Source: a virus. From it: 64,000 bases of DNA. The notes under the pieces were generated by a model. That model searched no databases. It had not been told where the DNA came from and saw nothing but the letters and a program-made list of their open reading frames with translations. Location: IMG/VR virus record IMGVR_UViG_3300044970_001685; one strand, given 5' to 3'. Of this stretch, positions 55,626 through 64,000 are shown piece by piece (the stretch's first letter is position 1; each line of letters starts with the position of its first letter). Position numbers and translations under genes: made by a program.

Positions 55626-56440
55626 ATCAATTATTTCAAGGAGATTGTATTGAGATTATGTCCACACTTCCTGAGGGTTGTGTGGATATGGTCTTTGCTG
55701 ACCTCCCTTACGGAACCACTATGAACGAGTGGGATTGTTTGATTCCATTTGATCAACTGTGGGAACAGTATCATCGTGTCGTAAAGGAAAATGGTGCAAT
55801 TGTTCTCACTGCACAACCACCTTTTGATAAGGTTCTTGCCTGTTCTAACTTGAAATATTTCAAATATGAGTGGATCTGGGAAAAGAACAAGGCAACTGGG
55901 CACCTGAATGCAAAGAAGATGCCTATGAAGGCACACGAAAATGTGCTGGTGTTTTATCGTAAGTTGCCAACATACAATCCCCAAATGACACATGGGCATA
56001 AACCCATGAATGCGGTGCTGCCGAAGGACCAGTTGCCCCCTCCCGACAGAAAACGCAATTATAACCATGTTGAGAGGCGCCTGGGCAATCCTGGTGGTTC
56101 AACGACAAGATATCCCCGTGATGTTCTGCAATTTCCTGTCATTAACAACGATGATCCGTTAAAGTTTCATCCAACACAGAAACCTGTGCCTCTAATTGAA
56201 TACTTCATCAAGACATACAGCAATGAAGGTGACATTATCCTAGATAATTGTATGGGTTCTGGATCAACTATCATTGCCTGTAAGAATACTAATCGTCAAT
56301 ACATCGGAATTGAGAACGATTCAGAATATTTTGAAAAAGCACGGGAGTGGGTGGGTTCCTACGATAAAATCGATCCCTTTGTGACGGATGAAGAAGTGGC
56401 ACAACCCATCATGAACCCTCTGCTTTCTGCATTAAAATAA
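55622..56440 (+). CDS. Beta-class N4C/N6A DNA methyltransferase
   Basis: GDC, DLPY, HPTQKP, LDNCMGSGST. Confidence 0.9.
   Translation: MNQLFQGDCIEIMSTLPEGCVDMVFADLPYGTTMNEWDCLIPFDQLWEQYHRVVKENGAIVLTAQPPFDKVLACSNLKYFKYEWIWEKNKATGHLNAKKMPMKAHENVLVFYRKLPTYNPQMTHGHKPMNAVLPKDQLPPPDRKRNYNHVERRLGNPGGSTTRYPRDVLQFPVINNDDPLKFHPTQKPVPLIEYFIKTYSNEGDIILDNCMGSGSTIIACKNTNRQYIGIENDSEYFEKAREWVGSYDKIDPFVTDEEVAQPIMNPLLSALK
56381..56438 (+). promoter_or_regulatory. Palindromic early promoter element
   Basis: GTGACGGAT-GAAG-AAGTGGCAC, with TAAAAT about 30 nt downstream. Confidence 0.6.
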
Positions 56441-56462
56441 ACAGGTAATCAGGAGAAATCCA

Positions 56463-56606
56463 ATGCGTTGCAAAGTTCAACTCTACGTTGCTGGTAAGGT
56501 CTTTGATGAGATCGTGGAAGCACGTGATTATCAGGATGCAAAAAGAACTGCACTCGCTCGTAATCCTAGTGCAAAAGTAATTGGAGTAACTGCGGTATTT
56601 GGATGA
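56463..56606 (+). CDS. Small conserved cyanophage protein (47 aa)
   Basis: AGGAG RBS; MRCKVQLYVAGKVF...ARDYQDAK.TALARNP.AKV. Confidence 0.75.
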   Translation: MRCKVQLYVAGKVFDEIVEARDYQDAKRTALARNPSAKVIGVTAVFG

Positions 56607-56851
56607 CTGAAAAGTTTTTAAAACCTTTTATTCCCCGTCCTGGTGTTTTAGATCCTAAACCAGGAGATCCACAAGGATATGTAACCAAGGATGGAATGTG
56701 GGCAGCAGTTCCTTTTGGAAAAAAGTTTGCCATTATACATAATGGGCAGCAAGTTCATGTTGCTAACAACTATAAATCGGCAAGAACTTACATCTCAAAA
56801 GAGATTAAAGCAGCAAAAAATGTAACAAATACGTTAGAAAAGTTTCTATGA
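56603..56851 (+). CDS. Hypothetical protein
   Basis: ATGA-coupled ORF; GYVTKDGMWAAVP. Confidence 0.7.
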   Translation: MTEKFLKPFIPRPGVLDPKPGDPQGYVTKDGMWAAVPFGKKFAIIHNGQQVHVANNYKSARTYISKEIKAAKNVTNTLEKFL

Positions 56852-57084
56852 AACTCATACCAATTTTTCTACTTACTTTATTTCCAATACCAGCACAAGC
56901 AATCACCTGGCAAGAATTTTGGGAACCATTTGTCTATGAAAGACCCTATTATAATTATAGAGAATACATTCCAATTTGTAGAGAACGCATTCTTCACGAA
57001 GAATATGTTCCTGGTAATCGGTGGAGATCTGGTTATGTTAGGAGGTGGACAGAAGTTGTAAGAGTTCCTTGTGACCCTTATTAA
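56848..57084 (+). CDS. Secreted-type hypothetical protein
   Basis: Signal peptide (AQA); C...EEYVPG....GYV.......VPC. Confidence 0.65.
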   Translation: MKLIPIFLLTLFPIPAQAITWQEFWEPFVYERPYYNYREYIPICRERILHEEYVPGNRWRSGYVRRWTEVVRVPCDPY

Positions 57085-57107
57085 ATAGTACAACTACAAC
57101 GAAAATT

Positions 57108-57287
57108 ATGGACAAAGCAGAAAAACGTCACCGTGCTCTGGGACTTTTTGTAGAGAGTGTTTTAAAACCAGATCACGAACTTAGACAGTGTGCCCATAAT
57201 CAAAAATGTTACAATGAACTCCTTGAATGGAGAGAAGAAGTGTTAGAATATCTAAACTCCCGTAGATCTCAGGAGTTTGGACAATGA
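57108..57287 (+). CDS. Hypothetical protein (59 aa)
   Basis: MDKAEKRHRALGLFVESVLKPDHELRQCAHNQKCYNELL; below the track cutoff. Confidence 0.7.
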   Translation: MDKAEKRHRALGLFVESVLKPDHELRQCAHNQKCYNELLEWREEVLEYLNSRRSQEFGQ

Positions 57288-57517
57288 CTTCTTATTACAT
57301 ATGGATATTATTTTTTGCAGTGGTCGCTTATCTGATTGCAACAGATAATAGCGTTGCCGCTGCTTTTTATTATGTTTCTAAGTTAGCAAAATCTAACTTT
57401 GAGAAGCAAAAGTGGTGGTTATTGAATAATCCACGCAATCCCGTGGTAAAATATTTAATGTGGCGTCGTTCTATGAAACTTGCAAAAGAGTTGATGAACG
57501 AATACGAAAATAAATAA
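57284..57517 (+). CDS. Membrane hypothetical protein
   Basis: N-terminal TM segment; coupled start. Confidence 0.65.
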   Translation: MTSYYIWILFFAVVAYLIATDNSVAAAFYYVSKLAKSNFEKQKWWLLNNPRNPVVKYLMWRRSMKLAKELMNEYENK

Positions 57518-57536
57518 CACATACTTGGAGTAGGTT

Positions 57537-57857
57537 ATGTTATCAACCCAGTATCGTCTTCGTTTAGAGGCAATCTGTGAAAGGATCGTGCTTCACGAAG
57601 AGGTAAGTTTAGAAGATATGATTTGGGCAGAGAAGCTTGCAAAAGCAAATAGAACTGCTGCTACAATATTACGCCAAGCAAGGAGAAAATCGGAGAATCC
57701 TGATATGCAGGATGGTGATCTTGATGATTTTATGAATCAACTTGATCTTGGTGGATTTGGTAATGAACGCTTTGGTAAGCGTGGATTTGATAGTGTTGAT
57801 GATATGATTGACTGGTGGACTGAGGATCGCCCAGACGATTGGAGGACTCGGGATTGA
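57537..57857 (+). CDS. Conserved cyanophage hypothetical protein
   Basis: GGAG RBS; MLSTQYRLRLE.IC. Confidence 0.75.
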   Translation: MLSTQYRLRLEAICERIVLHEEVSLEDMIWAEKLAKANRTAATILRQARRKSENPDMQDGDLDDFMNQLDLGGFGNERFGKRGFDSVDDMIDWWTEDRPDDWRTRD

Positions 57858-58057
57858 CATACAACGAGTTTGTAAACAAGGGCACTGAATTCTACATGGA
57901 AATGGTGCGTCTTGTTGATGTTAAACTCAAATATCGTATGGAATTCACGGAAGAAGAAAAAGAAATAAAAGATCATATTATGGAGTTTCAGCATCAGGTT
58001 AAGTTAAATGAGTTAAGAGACAAGTTTGAGAAGTGCCTGGATATTGACAACACTTGA
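57839..58057 (+). CDS. Hypothetical protein
   Basis: ORF in a tightly packed run. Confidence 0.6.
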   Translation: MEDSGLTYNEFVNKGTEFYMEMVRLVDVKLKYRMEFTEEEKEIKDHIMEFQHQVKLNELRDKFEKCLDIDNT

Positions 58058-58072
58058 CAAATCCCCTATAAT
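58044..58072 (+). promoter_or_regulatory. Consensus sigma70 promoter
   Basis: TTGACA-17 nt-TATAAT, with a second TTGACAA 10 nt after the first. Confidence 0.8.
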
Positions 58073-58094
58073 ACCTTTACGTAAACCTTTCATC

Positions 58095-58298
58095 ATGAAC
58101 TACAAACCATACTCAATGGAATGGAGTAGACGGCGATATCTTGCCGAAGCAATCCAACAGTATTTTGACACTGACGCATCTTTGGATGTGGTTTTGGATG
58201 ATATTGTAAGTGTATTAGAAGAAAATGTAGAGAATCATAAGAGTCGTGCCGAACGCTTTCAGGAAGTTCTGAATGGTTTGAAATCTCTTCCTTACTGA
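58095..58298 (+). CDS. Hypothetical protein
   Basis: MNYKPYSMEW, downstream of the promoter. Confidence 0.7.
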   Translation: MNYKPYSMEWSRRRYLAEAIQQYFDTDASLDVVLDDIVSVLEENVENHKSRAERFQEVLNGLKSLPY

Positions 58299-58299
58299 T

Positions 58300-58485
58300 A
58301 TGAAACCCAACTTTCGTAAAGTATTAGAAATGGCACTGGAAGAAGGTGTCCGTTATGGGTATAATCGTGCTCATAAACACGTAGAGAATCCACACGAAGA
58401 TGCTGTTGTTGATTGTGTGGTTGAGGGTGCTATGAATTCTATATACGAATGGTTTGACTTTGAGGATGAGTTTAAAGATGTCTGA
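58300..58485 (+). CDS. Hypothetical protein
   Basis: EEGV..GY.RAHKH...P. Confidence 0.7.
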   Translation: MKPNFRKVLEMALEEGVRYGYNRAHKHVENPHEDAVVDCVVEGAMNSIYEWFDFEDEFKDV

Positions 58486-58672
58486 TAGAGCGCAAGAGTT
58501 TATGAATGCGGTATGGCAGCGTAGAAACGAAGGTGCTGATACTGAGGAAAAATTGGTTGCTGCAATCCTTTCTCTTGCAGCAGAAGCAGTGAAATATTAC
58601 AATGCTCAAAACGATATGATAGTCTTGGATAAGATTGATCTGCTACAACTTGCAGAGGAACTTACGCAATGA
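58478..58672 (+). CDS. Hypothetical protein
   Basis: Coupled ORF; weakly similar to 61305..61517. Confidence 0.6.
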   Translation: MSDRAQEFMNAVWQRRNEGADTEEKLVAAILSLAAEAVKYYNAQNDMIVLDKIDLLQLAEELTQ

Positions 58673-58968
58673 ATTTAATTAAATTTAATAAACGCAAATT
58701 TTTGATTAAGTACAATCATCGTGAAGATTTTGGTCACGAATGGTATGTTCAGATTTTCAATATCAAGCGTTGGAGTTTGCTTCAAGCATCTGTAAGTTGG
58801 AATGATTATCCATCTTGGCCTTATCTACAAATCAAGTCTGGATCTGGTGATGTTTTGAGTATTCTATTTTGGGCATATAAGTTTGGATTTGATATTGATT
58901 TTATCTCTCGCACTTGGAACTGGGATCATTTGGAGGAACTAGATGAAGACGAAACTGAACTGGTTTGA
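58669..58968 (+). CDS. Hypothetical protein
   Basis: Aromatic beta-rich; resembles 60840..61100. Confidence 0.65.
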   Translation: MNLIKFNKRKFLIKYNHREDFGHEWYVQIFNIKRWSLLQASVSWNDYPSWPYLQIKSGSGDVLSILFWAYKFGFDIDFISRTWNWDHLEELDEDETELV

Positions 58969-59290
58969 ATATTACTTTGGTCATTGTTTCCAGACTGGTT
59001 GGAGAGAAATCTGGAATAACTTTAAGATGTGGAGAGATCTTATCAGTGGTAACTACGCTGATTATGCTCTACTGAGTAGTGATGATCCGTATGAAGAATG
59101 TTATCAGTGGTTCTGGTGCAGCATCAATATGGATGAAACATATCCAAAAGAATTTCTAGAATATCTGATGGAAATGTGTGACAGAATTGATCGGGGTGAA
59201 GAGAAATTGATTCCATTAGATGAAGATTTCTTTGATAGAATAAAAGAACTTACTGATGGTGTGGAGTTAAATGATGAAGACTTTACCTGA
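58943..59290 (+). CDS. Hypothetical protein
   Basis: Coupled ORF; DDPYEEC..WFW. Confidence 0.65.
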   Translation: MKTKLNWFEYYFGHCFQTGWREIWNNFKMWRDLISGNYADYALLSSDDPYEECYQWFWCSINMDETYPKEFLEYLMEMCDRIDRGEEKLIPLDEDFFDRIKELTDGVELNDEDFT

Positions 59291-59468
59291 TAAGAAAGCA
59301 CTGGATATTATGTGGACGGTGGCGACCTCGACCAGTATCGAAACTGGCACAAGACCCCACTACGGATTCGCCAAGATGCTGTATGATTACCTCATAGACA
59401 ACAACCCCTATGGACTTTCCATCCCCTATGACTCTCAAAGAGAAGAAGGCACTACTCAAACGACTTGA
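59271..59468 (+). CDS. Hypothetical protein, duplicated at 63766
   Basis: LPDKK.LDIMWTVATSTSIETGTRPH.GFAKMLYD. Confidence 0.7.
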   Translation: MMKTLPDKKALDIMWTVATSTSIETGTRPHYGFAKMLYDYLIDNNPYGLSIPYDSQREEGTTQTT

Positions 59469-59700
59469 ACAGACAGGTACAACCTGTATGGATTGTGGAC
59501 ACAAGTATGGTGTCTATTCAGTCGGTTGTTCATCTGTCTGGAATGGTAAGTGTGGTGTTTGTGGCGAAGACAAACGTGTAACTGAAAGTCGTGACTTTGC
59601 TTATTTTATCACTGGTATTCGCAAACTGAAACTGGAAATTCAAAATGAGAAAAGTAATCGTCAAACCCAAAAGCAGCAAGGCAAAGAACCGCCTTGCTAA
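59428..59700 (+). CDS. Zn-ribbon hypothetical protein
   Basis: CMDC...CGVC. Confidence 0.65.
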   Translation: MTLKEKKALLKRLEQTGTTCMDCGHKYGVYSVGCSSVWNGKCGVCGEDKRVTESRDFAYFITGIRKLKLEIQNEKSNRQTQKQQGKEPPC

Positions 59701-59860
59701 TACAATGGAAGGTAATCCTGTCTGTATTGTAGAACAGGACACTGGTGGTGAGTTGTTCTTAGCATCAGAAAATCGTAAATACTTTTTCTGGGTTAGCACT
59801 CGTACTGGTACTAACCGTTTTGGTGACAAATCTGACGCACATTGGGAGGTTATTGAATGA
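59645..59860 (+). CDS. Hypothetical protein
   Basis: V.PKS.KAKNR.AN.M. Confidence 0.65.
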   Translation: MRKVIVKPKSSKAKNRLANTMEGNPVCIVEQDTGGELFLASENRKYFFWVSTRTGTNRFGDKSDAHWEVIE

Positions 59861-60129
59861 GTTTTTCTAAGACTGTTTCTGTTGTTGCCGCACTTGCAAG
59901 TATTTTTAGTGTTGGTGTGGCAAGTTGGAAAATGTCTGAAGAGATTAAAAAAGAACAAACTAATCCTCTTGAAGAAAAAATTCAACAACTTGAAAAGCAA
60001 CTTGAAGAAGCAACAACACAAAAACCAGTTCAGCAAGTGGCACCACCTCCACAAATAACTGCACCACAACCTGTTATACTACCACCAGTAACACCACCTC
60101 CCCCTGTTCCTGAAAATGACACTCCTTGA
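59857..60129 (+). CDS. Membrane-anchored coiled-coil, Pro-rich protein
   Basis: N-terminal hydrophobic segment, coiled coil, poly-Pro. Confidence 0.65.
   Translation: MSFSKTVSVVAALASIFSVGVASWKMSEEIKKEQTNPLEEKIQQLEKQLEEATTQKPVQQVAPPPQITAPQPVILPPVTPPPPVPENDTP
60022..60080 (+). promoter_or_regulatory. Palindromic early promoter element inside a CDS
   Basis: AAACCAGTT-CAGC-AAGTGGCAC, with TGTTATACT at the conserved spacing. Confidence 0.55.
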
Positions 60130-60343
60130 TACTCTAGAATACTTCATTGATGATACCAGAGCACGACTTTCTGATATTGAGTGGGAAATCCGTGAAGAAA
60201 CTAACTATGATGATGAAGGACATCAAGAACGAATGGATCAATTCTGTGAAGAATATGATGAGATTGAAGCACGATTAGAAGATTTACAAAAGATTAAATC
60301 TATCATTGAAATTATGGAGATTGAAGACAATGAGATTTCGTAA
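60116..60343 (+). CDS. Acidic coiled-coil hypothetical protein
   Basis: ORF in a tightly packed run. Confidence 0.6.
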   Translation: MTLLDTLEYFIDDTRARLSDIEWEIREETNYDDEGHQERMDQFCEEYDEIEARLEDLQKIKSIIEIMEIEDNEIS

Positions 60344-60590
60344 CATTGAGTTCCGTTGGAGCAAATGCAACAACAAATATGAACTCGTCAAGTGGAATCA
60401 ACGCAATGGTTCCGCAGAAGAGACTTGTTATGTGATTGCTTTCTTTGATAAAGGTTCAGAGTGTTATGATATGAGAACTATTGGAGACCGATTTTTTGAG
60501 GATAAAGATGCCTGGGTCGTAGGTAAGTATGGTTTGGAGTTTCTAAATGAAATCTTTGAGATTGAAAGGATTGAAGAGGAACTGAAATAG
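60330..60590 (+). CDS. Hypothetical protein
   Basis: MRFRNIEFRWS...ELV.W...CY.IA. Confidence 0.65.
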   Translation: MRFRNIEFRWSKCNNKYELVKWNQRNGSAEETCYVIAFFDKGSECYDMRTIGDRFFEDKDAWVVGKYGLEFLNEIFEIERIEEELK

Positions 60591-60645
60591 ACACTTGAAG
60601 AACTGGCACAGGGCAGCTCCACAGGTGCCCTTTTTGGTTTATAAT
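60588..60645 (+). promoter_or_regulatory. Palindrome + hairpin + -10 early promoter element
   Basis: TAGACACTT-GAAG-AACTGGCAC, AGGGCA/TGCCCT plus T-tract, TATAAT. Confidence 0.7.
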
Positions 60646-60666
60646 GACTTCATACACAACAACCCG

Positions 60667-60843
60667 ATGAACTACCTCTGCCTTGTTGATGGTGTCGTAG
60701 AATACGGCAGCACAGACCTCAACCAATTCAATCATTATCGTATGGTATATTACGAAGACCACAAAGATGCTGAAAATGTAGAGTATCTTGTGCTGACTGA
60801 TGAAGCATACAACGAAATGTTCCCTGTGGAGGATGAAGAATGA
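60667..60843 (+). CDS. Hypothetical protein
   Basis: MNYLCLVDG, downstream of the promoter. Confidence 0.65.
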   Translation: MNYLCLVDGVVEYGSTDLNQFNHYRMVYYEDHKDAENVEYLVLTDEAYNEMFPVEDEE

Positions 60844-61100
60844 AACTCTTTCAATACGATAAAAAAGTTTGGGAAAATGATGAAACTGACCGTACTTGGC
60901 AGTTTGGTATCATCAACAATCGTTCATTACTTTGGGTGAATTATGAAAATCCTAGTAGTTTAGTCCATAGTAATGGTGGATTTCACATCCTTCTCTCATT
61001 TTTTACTTCTTCTTCTTTGTTTGGAGTAGATTTTCAAGTTGGTAAAGTTGGTTTGAGTCTCAATTTTTTCACAGAATACTTTGATGGGTGGGAAGAATGA
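60840..61100 (+). CDS. Hypothetical protein
   Basis: ATGA-coupled ORF. Confidence 0.6.
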   Translation: MKLFQYDKKVWENDETDRTWQFGIINNRSLLWVNYENPSSLVHSNGGFHILLSFFTSSSLFGVDFQVGKVGLSLNFFTEYFDGWEE

Positions 61101-61312
61101 CTAACGAACAAATCCTTGAACTTGTGAGATTTCACTTTCAAGAGGGTGGATTGAGAGACGATGGTAGTTGTTCTGAATATTTCGGAACTCCCGAAGATTT
61201 TATTGAGTTTGCCCAAGCAATCTACGAAATGGGTAGTGAAAATGGTTGGGAAAGTCACCAAGAAAGTGTATCCCTGAACTCCTCTTATCCTACTGATTAT
61301 AACTATGACTGA
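61088..61312 (+). CDS. Hypothetical protein
   Basis: MTNEQILEL...FAQAIYE. Confidence 0.6.
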   Translation: MGRMTNEQILELVRFHFQEGGLRDDGSCSEYFGTPEDFIEFAQAIYEMGSENGWESHQESVSLNSSYPTDYNYD

Positions 61313-61517
61313 CGCAGCATACAAAGTTTGGGAAGCATTCAAAGCAGAATTGATTGTTGAACCCACAGATGATATGAAAGAAGCACTTGCTACTGCTATT
61401 CGTGAGATTGCTAATCAATATCAATACTATCAGTGTTGTAAAGATGAAGGTGTAGAAGATATGGTAGTTGATGCTCAAAAACTTTATGAACTTTCTTATG
61501 ATGTGGAGGCACTATGA
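61305..61517 (+). CDS. Hypothetical protein
   Basis: Coupled ORF. Confidence 0.6.
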   Translation: MTDAAYKVWEAFKAELIVEPTDDMKEALATAIREIANQYQYYQCCKDEGVEDMVVDAQKLYELSYDVEAL

Positions 61518-61699
61518 CTGAACGAGCAAAATTCAAAACTATCACACGAGTGATTGACCCAAAGACACGCATTCATTATCTTGATGCTGTTGATGAGAAT
61601 GGATACCATTGGACTGCCGAAATGTCTCCACACGAAGAGAGATGGTTGTGTTATACTGATATCTGGAAAAAAGACCCCCAACAACCTTATGACTCTTGA
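61514..61699 (+). CDS. Hypothetical protein
   Basis: IHYLDA.DE.G.HW.AEM. Confidence 0.6.
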   Translation: MTERAKFKTITRVIDPKTRIHYLDAVDENGYHWTAEMSPHEERWLCYTDIWKKDPQQPYDS

Positions 61700-61955
61700 A
61701 GAAATCCTAGAAGAATACGGACAGGAAGTATTAGACACATACTACGAACTGTTCCCAGATAAGAATGTATCAAAGTTTGGTGATAGGTGTTGTGGATTTG
61801 TTGGTGAGTATCGGGATTTTGTGTTAGACTGTTATCATTCAACTGGTAGTGATGAACTGGAAACACTTGAAGACTTTATGAATGGTGTATTCCAAGAGTA
61901 TTATTACTACTGTGAAAAAACAGCAACAGGATTTGTATTTTATAATGAACGATGA
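61689..61955 (+). CDS. Acidic hypothetical protein
   Basis: ATG 61689 in the frame of track ORF 61554. Confidence 0.55.
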   Translation: MTLEEILEEYGQEVLDTYYELFPDKNVSKFGDRCCGFVGEYRDFVLDCYHSTGSDELETLEDFMNGVFQEYYYYCEKTATGFVFYNER

Positions 61956-62560
61956 TTAAACATCCTGCGAATGATTGGGAATGGGAAGAGACTGCTGAGG
62001 TTGCATTTCAGGAGTGGTTCAATGAACTCTATGGACCTTATTCTCATCGTTGTGAATGGTTCTATGGAGATTGTGAAGAATCTGATGAGAAACAACGAAA
62101 GGAAATCTTGATCAAGTGGTTGCACTCTGCCTTCTTGACGGGTTATAATACTGGGAGATGCTCTACCACAATGACTGAATATCAACCAACTCCACAAACA
62201 CCAGAACAAGTTGCAGAAGGACTTCGTGATGCGATGAAACAAGCAAAGAAAGATGGTGTCTTTGATGTGGTTGATGAACCAGATTATTATGATGAAGTAG
62301 AGTGGGATGAGAAGGATAATCCAAAACCTATGGATGAGGTTGTGAATAGGTTGGTGAAAAAATACGAAGCACAAAAACTTTTTAATAGATTGGTAGATGA
62401 ACTTGGTTATGATTTTGATGCTTGTAATGATGTTGTAGATTTGGTAGAAGATTGGTTGCCGAAAGAACAATCAGCAGCAGGAAGTCAGAATGTAAATACT
62501 GAATTACTTGTAGATGGATTTAATCATTGTCTTGAAAAAATTAAAGGGATGCTACGATGA
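61952..62560 (+). CDS. Hypothetical protein (possibly mosaic)
   Basis: Coupled ORF; internal MTEYQPTPQTP resembles a gene start. Confidence 0.6.
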   Translation: MIKHPANDWEWEETAEVAFQEWFNELYGPYSHRCEWFYGDCEESDEKQRKEILIKWLHSAFLTGYNTGRCSTTMTEYQPTPQTPEQVAEGLRDAMKQAKKDGVFDVVDEPDYYDEVEWDEKDNPKPMDEVVNRLVKKYEAQKLFNRLVDELGYDFDACNDVVDLVEDWLPKEQSAAGSQNVNTELLVDGFNHCLEKIKGMLR

Positions 62561-62739
62561 CTGAACGAAACTTCAAGAAAGAACTTCTGTATTCTTCCTA
62601 TATTGATATGGAATATGGGAGGGATACGGAGACGATTGATTATGATGCTTTGATTGGTATTATCACCGAGTTGTGTGATAGAATAGAACAATTGGAGAAG
62701 GACAATGAACTTCTAAAATCTTATGCTTGGGAACAATGA
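62557..62739 (+). CDS. Hypothetical protein
   Basis: Coupled ORF. Confidence 0.6.
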   Translation: MTERNFKKELLYSSYIDMEYGRDTETIDYDALIGIITELCDRIEQLEKDNELLKSYAWEQ

Positions 62740-62909
62740 AGATTGAAATCACTTATACTCCACATCCAACCAAAGGATATACTGCAACAATTTGGGATGG
62801 TCCTGATGGAATTGATGAAGATAGTTTTGTCTGTCGTTCTCTTGGAGAATGTTTTGAACAGATTGTAATGTGGAGAACACTTAACGCACAACAGTATAAA
62901 GATGAATGA
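62736..62909 (+). CDS. Hypothetical protein
   Basis: MKIEI...WDGPDGIDE. Confidence 0.6.
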   Translation: MKIEITYTPHPTKGYTATIWDGPDGIDEDSFVCRSLGECFEQIVMWRTLNAQQYKDE

Positions 62910-63480
62910 AGACATGCCGTGGGTCAATCTCACACAAGAAGAAGTAGAAGAACTTCGCAACAAAAAACACGAACTCACTGAATACGGCAAACAGAGGTTG
63001 AAAGAACTTATCTACAAACAGGATATGCACAAAATGGAAGATGCTGCAAAAGACCTTGTTCTTGAAAATCTTACGCACGAAGAAATGTTGGAAATTGCTG
63101 AAAAAAGAGAGGCAGAAAATAAGGCACTTGCTGCCCTTGATGAACTCTATGAAAAGCACGGTGATGCTATGCTGAAACTTGCTGAGATTGAAAAAGATGA
63201 GTGGGAACGTAGAGAACGTGCTGATACTGTGTTGGCACGATATAATGCTTTCTATAATGATGAATGTTCTGGGATGCCTCACGGCACACCAATCACACCA
63301 GAGCATATGCAGGCAATGACACTTGAATGTATGATTGATGCTCTCCGTTGTGAGAATATGAATATGGAGTATGATGTAATTGCGATTGATGACATCAAGG
63401 ATTTGATTGAAGGATTGTATCGGCAGAGTGATGAGTTTTTGGAACGAGTGAGGAAACTGAAAGAGCAGAATAATGGATGA
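62902..63480 (+). CDS. Hypothetical protein
   Basis: Acidic, helical ORF. Confidence 0.6.
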   Translation: MNEDMPWVNLTQEEVEELRNKKHELTEYGKQRLKELIYKQDMHKMEDAAKDLVLENLTHEEMLEIAEKREAENKALAALDELYEKHGDAMLKLAEIEKDEWERRERADTVLARYNAFYNDECSGMPHGTPITPEHMQAMTLECMIDALRCENMNMEYDVIAIDDIKDLIEGLYRQSDEFLERVRKLKEQNNG

Positions 63481-63766
63481 ACCATTCTATCAATATTATG
63501 TGATTGATTATTATGCAACTGGTGAAGGTCGTTCTGTCTGGTTGCAAATCTGTCGCAATAACTCTCCATCATATCCAGATGATTACTTTCAGAAACGATG
63601 GGAAAAGTTTGTAGATGTTGAGTATTATCTTCAAGGGACAGAAAAACTCACAGAAGAAGAGTTTATGAAAAAGTATCGTGTGTTTATGCCAGGACACATT
63701 AAGAATACTATTGAAGAGAAAAGTATGAGTATCTGGCAATCACATTATCATTTCAATCGTTCATAA
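63473..63766 (+). CDS. Hypothetical protein
   Basis: DYYATGEGR...HFNRS. Confidence 0.65.
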   Translation: MDEPFYQYYVIDYYATGEGRSVWLQICRNNSPSYPDDYFQKRWEKFVDVEYYLQGTEKLTEEEFMKKYRVFMPGHIKNTIEEKSMSIWQSHYHFNRS

Positions 63767-63924
63767 TGAAACCACTACCCGATAAAAAAGAACTGGATAT
63801 TATGTGGACTGTGGCAACCTCAACCAGTATTGAAACTGGCACAAGACCCCACCACGGGTTCGCAAAAATGCTGTATGATGAACTCAACGACATCAAACCA
63901 CCAGTAGGACTTGCTGACAAATGA
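63766..63924 (+). CDS. Hypothetical protein, paralogue of 59271..59468
   Basis: MKPLPDKKELDIMWTVATSTSIETGTRPHHGFAKMLYDEL...; below the track cutoff. Confidence 0.7.
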   Translation: MKPLPDKKELDIMWTVATSTSIETGTRPHHGFAKMLYDELNDIKPPVGLADK

Positions 63925-64000
63925 TTTCCCCTTACAATGTAGTTCCTGGAACTGATATTGTTCATAGTATCACTGACGTTTATGAACTTTGTGATGAAGC

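Noticed and set aside
59530-63965. Minus-strand ORFs in the early region
   Set aside because: The plus strand is tiled by ATGA/TGATG-coupled genes, so the minus ORFs are shadows

Overview
This window is from a T4-like cyanomyovirus (Kyanoviridae-type), AT-rich and mostly + strand. 1-19.5 kb is a hypervariable tail-fibre island. It repeats the unit small fibre/adaptor gene + glycine-rich tip gene, with AT-rich 2OG-Fe(II) oxygenase genes and a sulfotransferase interleaved. 19.6-27.4 kb holds core genes (glutaredoxin, thyX, phoH, exonuclease, gp33, gp59, gp32) and a Mom-like gene. It also holds a nitrogen-sensing cassette absent from the ORF track at 21.2-21.9 kb: NtcA box, sigma70 promoter, two tandem glutamine-riboswitch-like aptamers (the second encloses a 51-codon ORF), a Gln-rich DUF4278-like peptide and a terminator. 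27.4-41.3 kb is the baseplate/tail block, with a candidate -1 frameshift joining gp26 and gp51. 41.3-42.4 kb is an island with three tRNAs, an unexplained structured RNA and an orphan Phd-like gene. 42.5-52.2 kb encodes large fibre proteins. 52.2-56.4 kb has DNA methyltransferases, a ParB-like protein and a helicase. 56.4-64 kb is a run of small early-type hypothetical genes with a recurring palindromic promoter element. All family assignments come from motif recognition by eye; no database searches were run.
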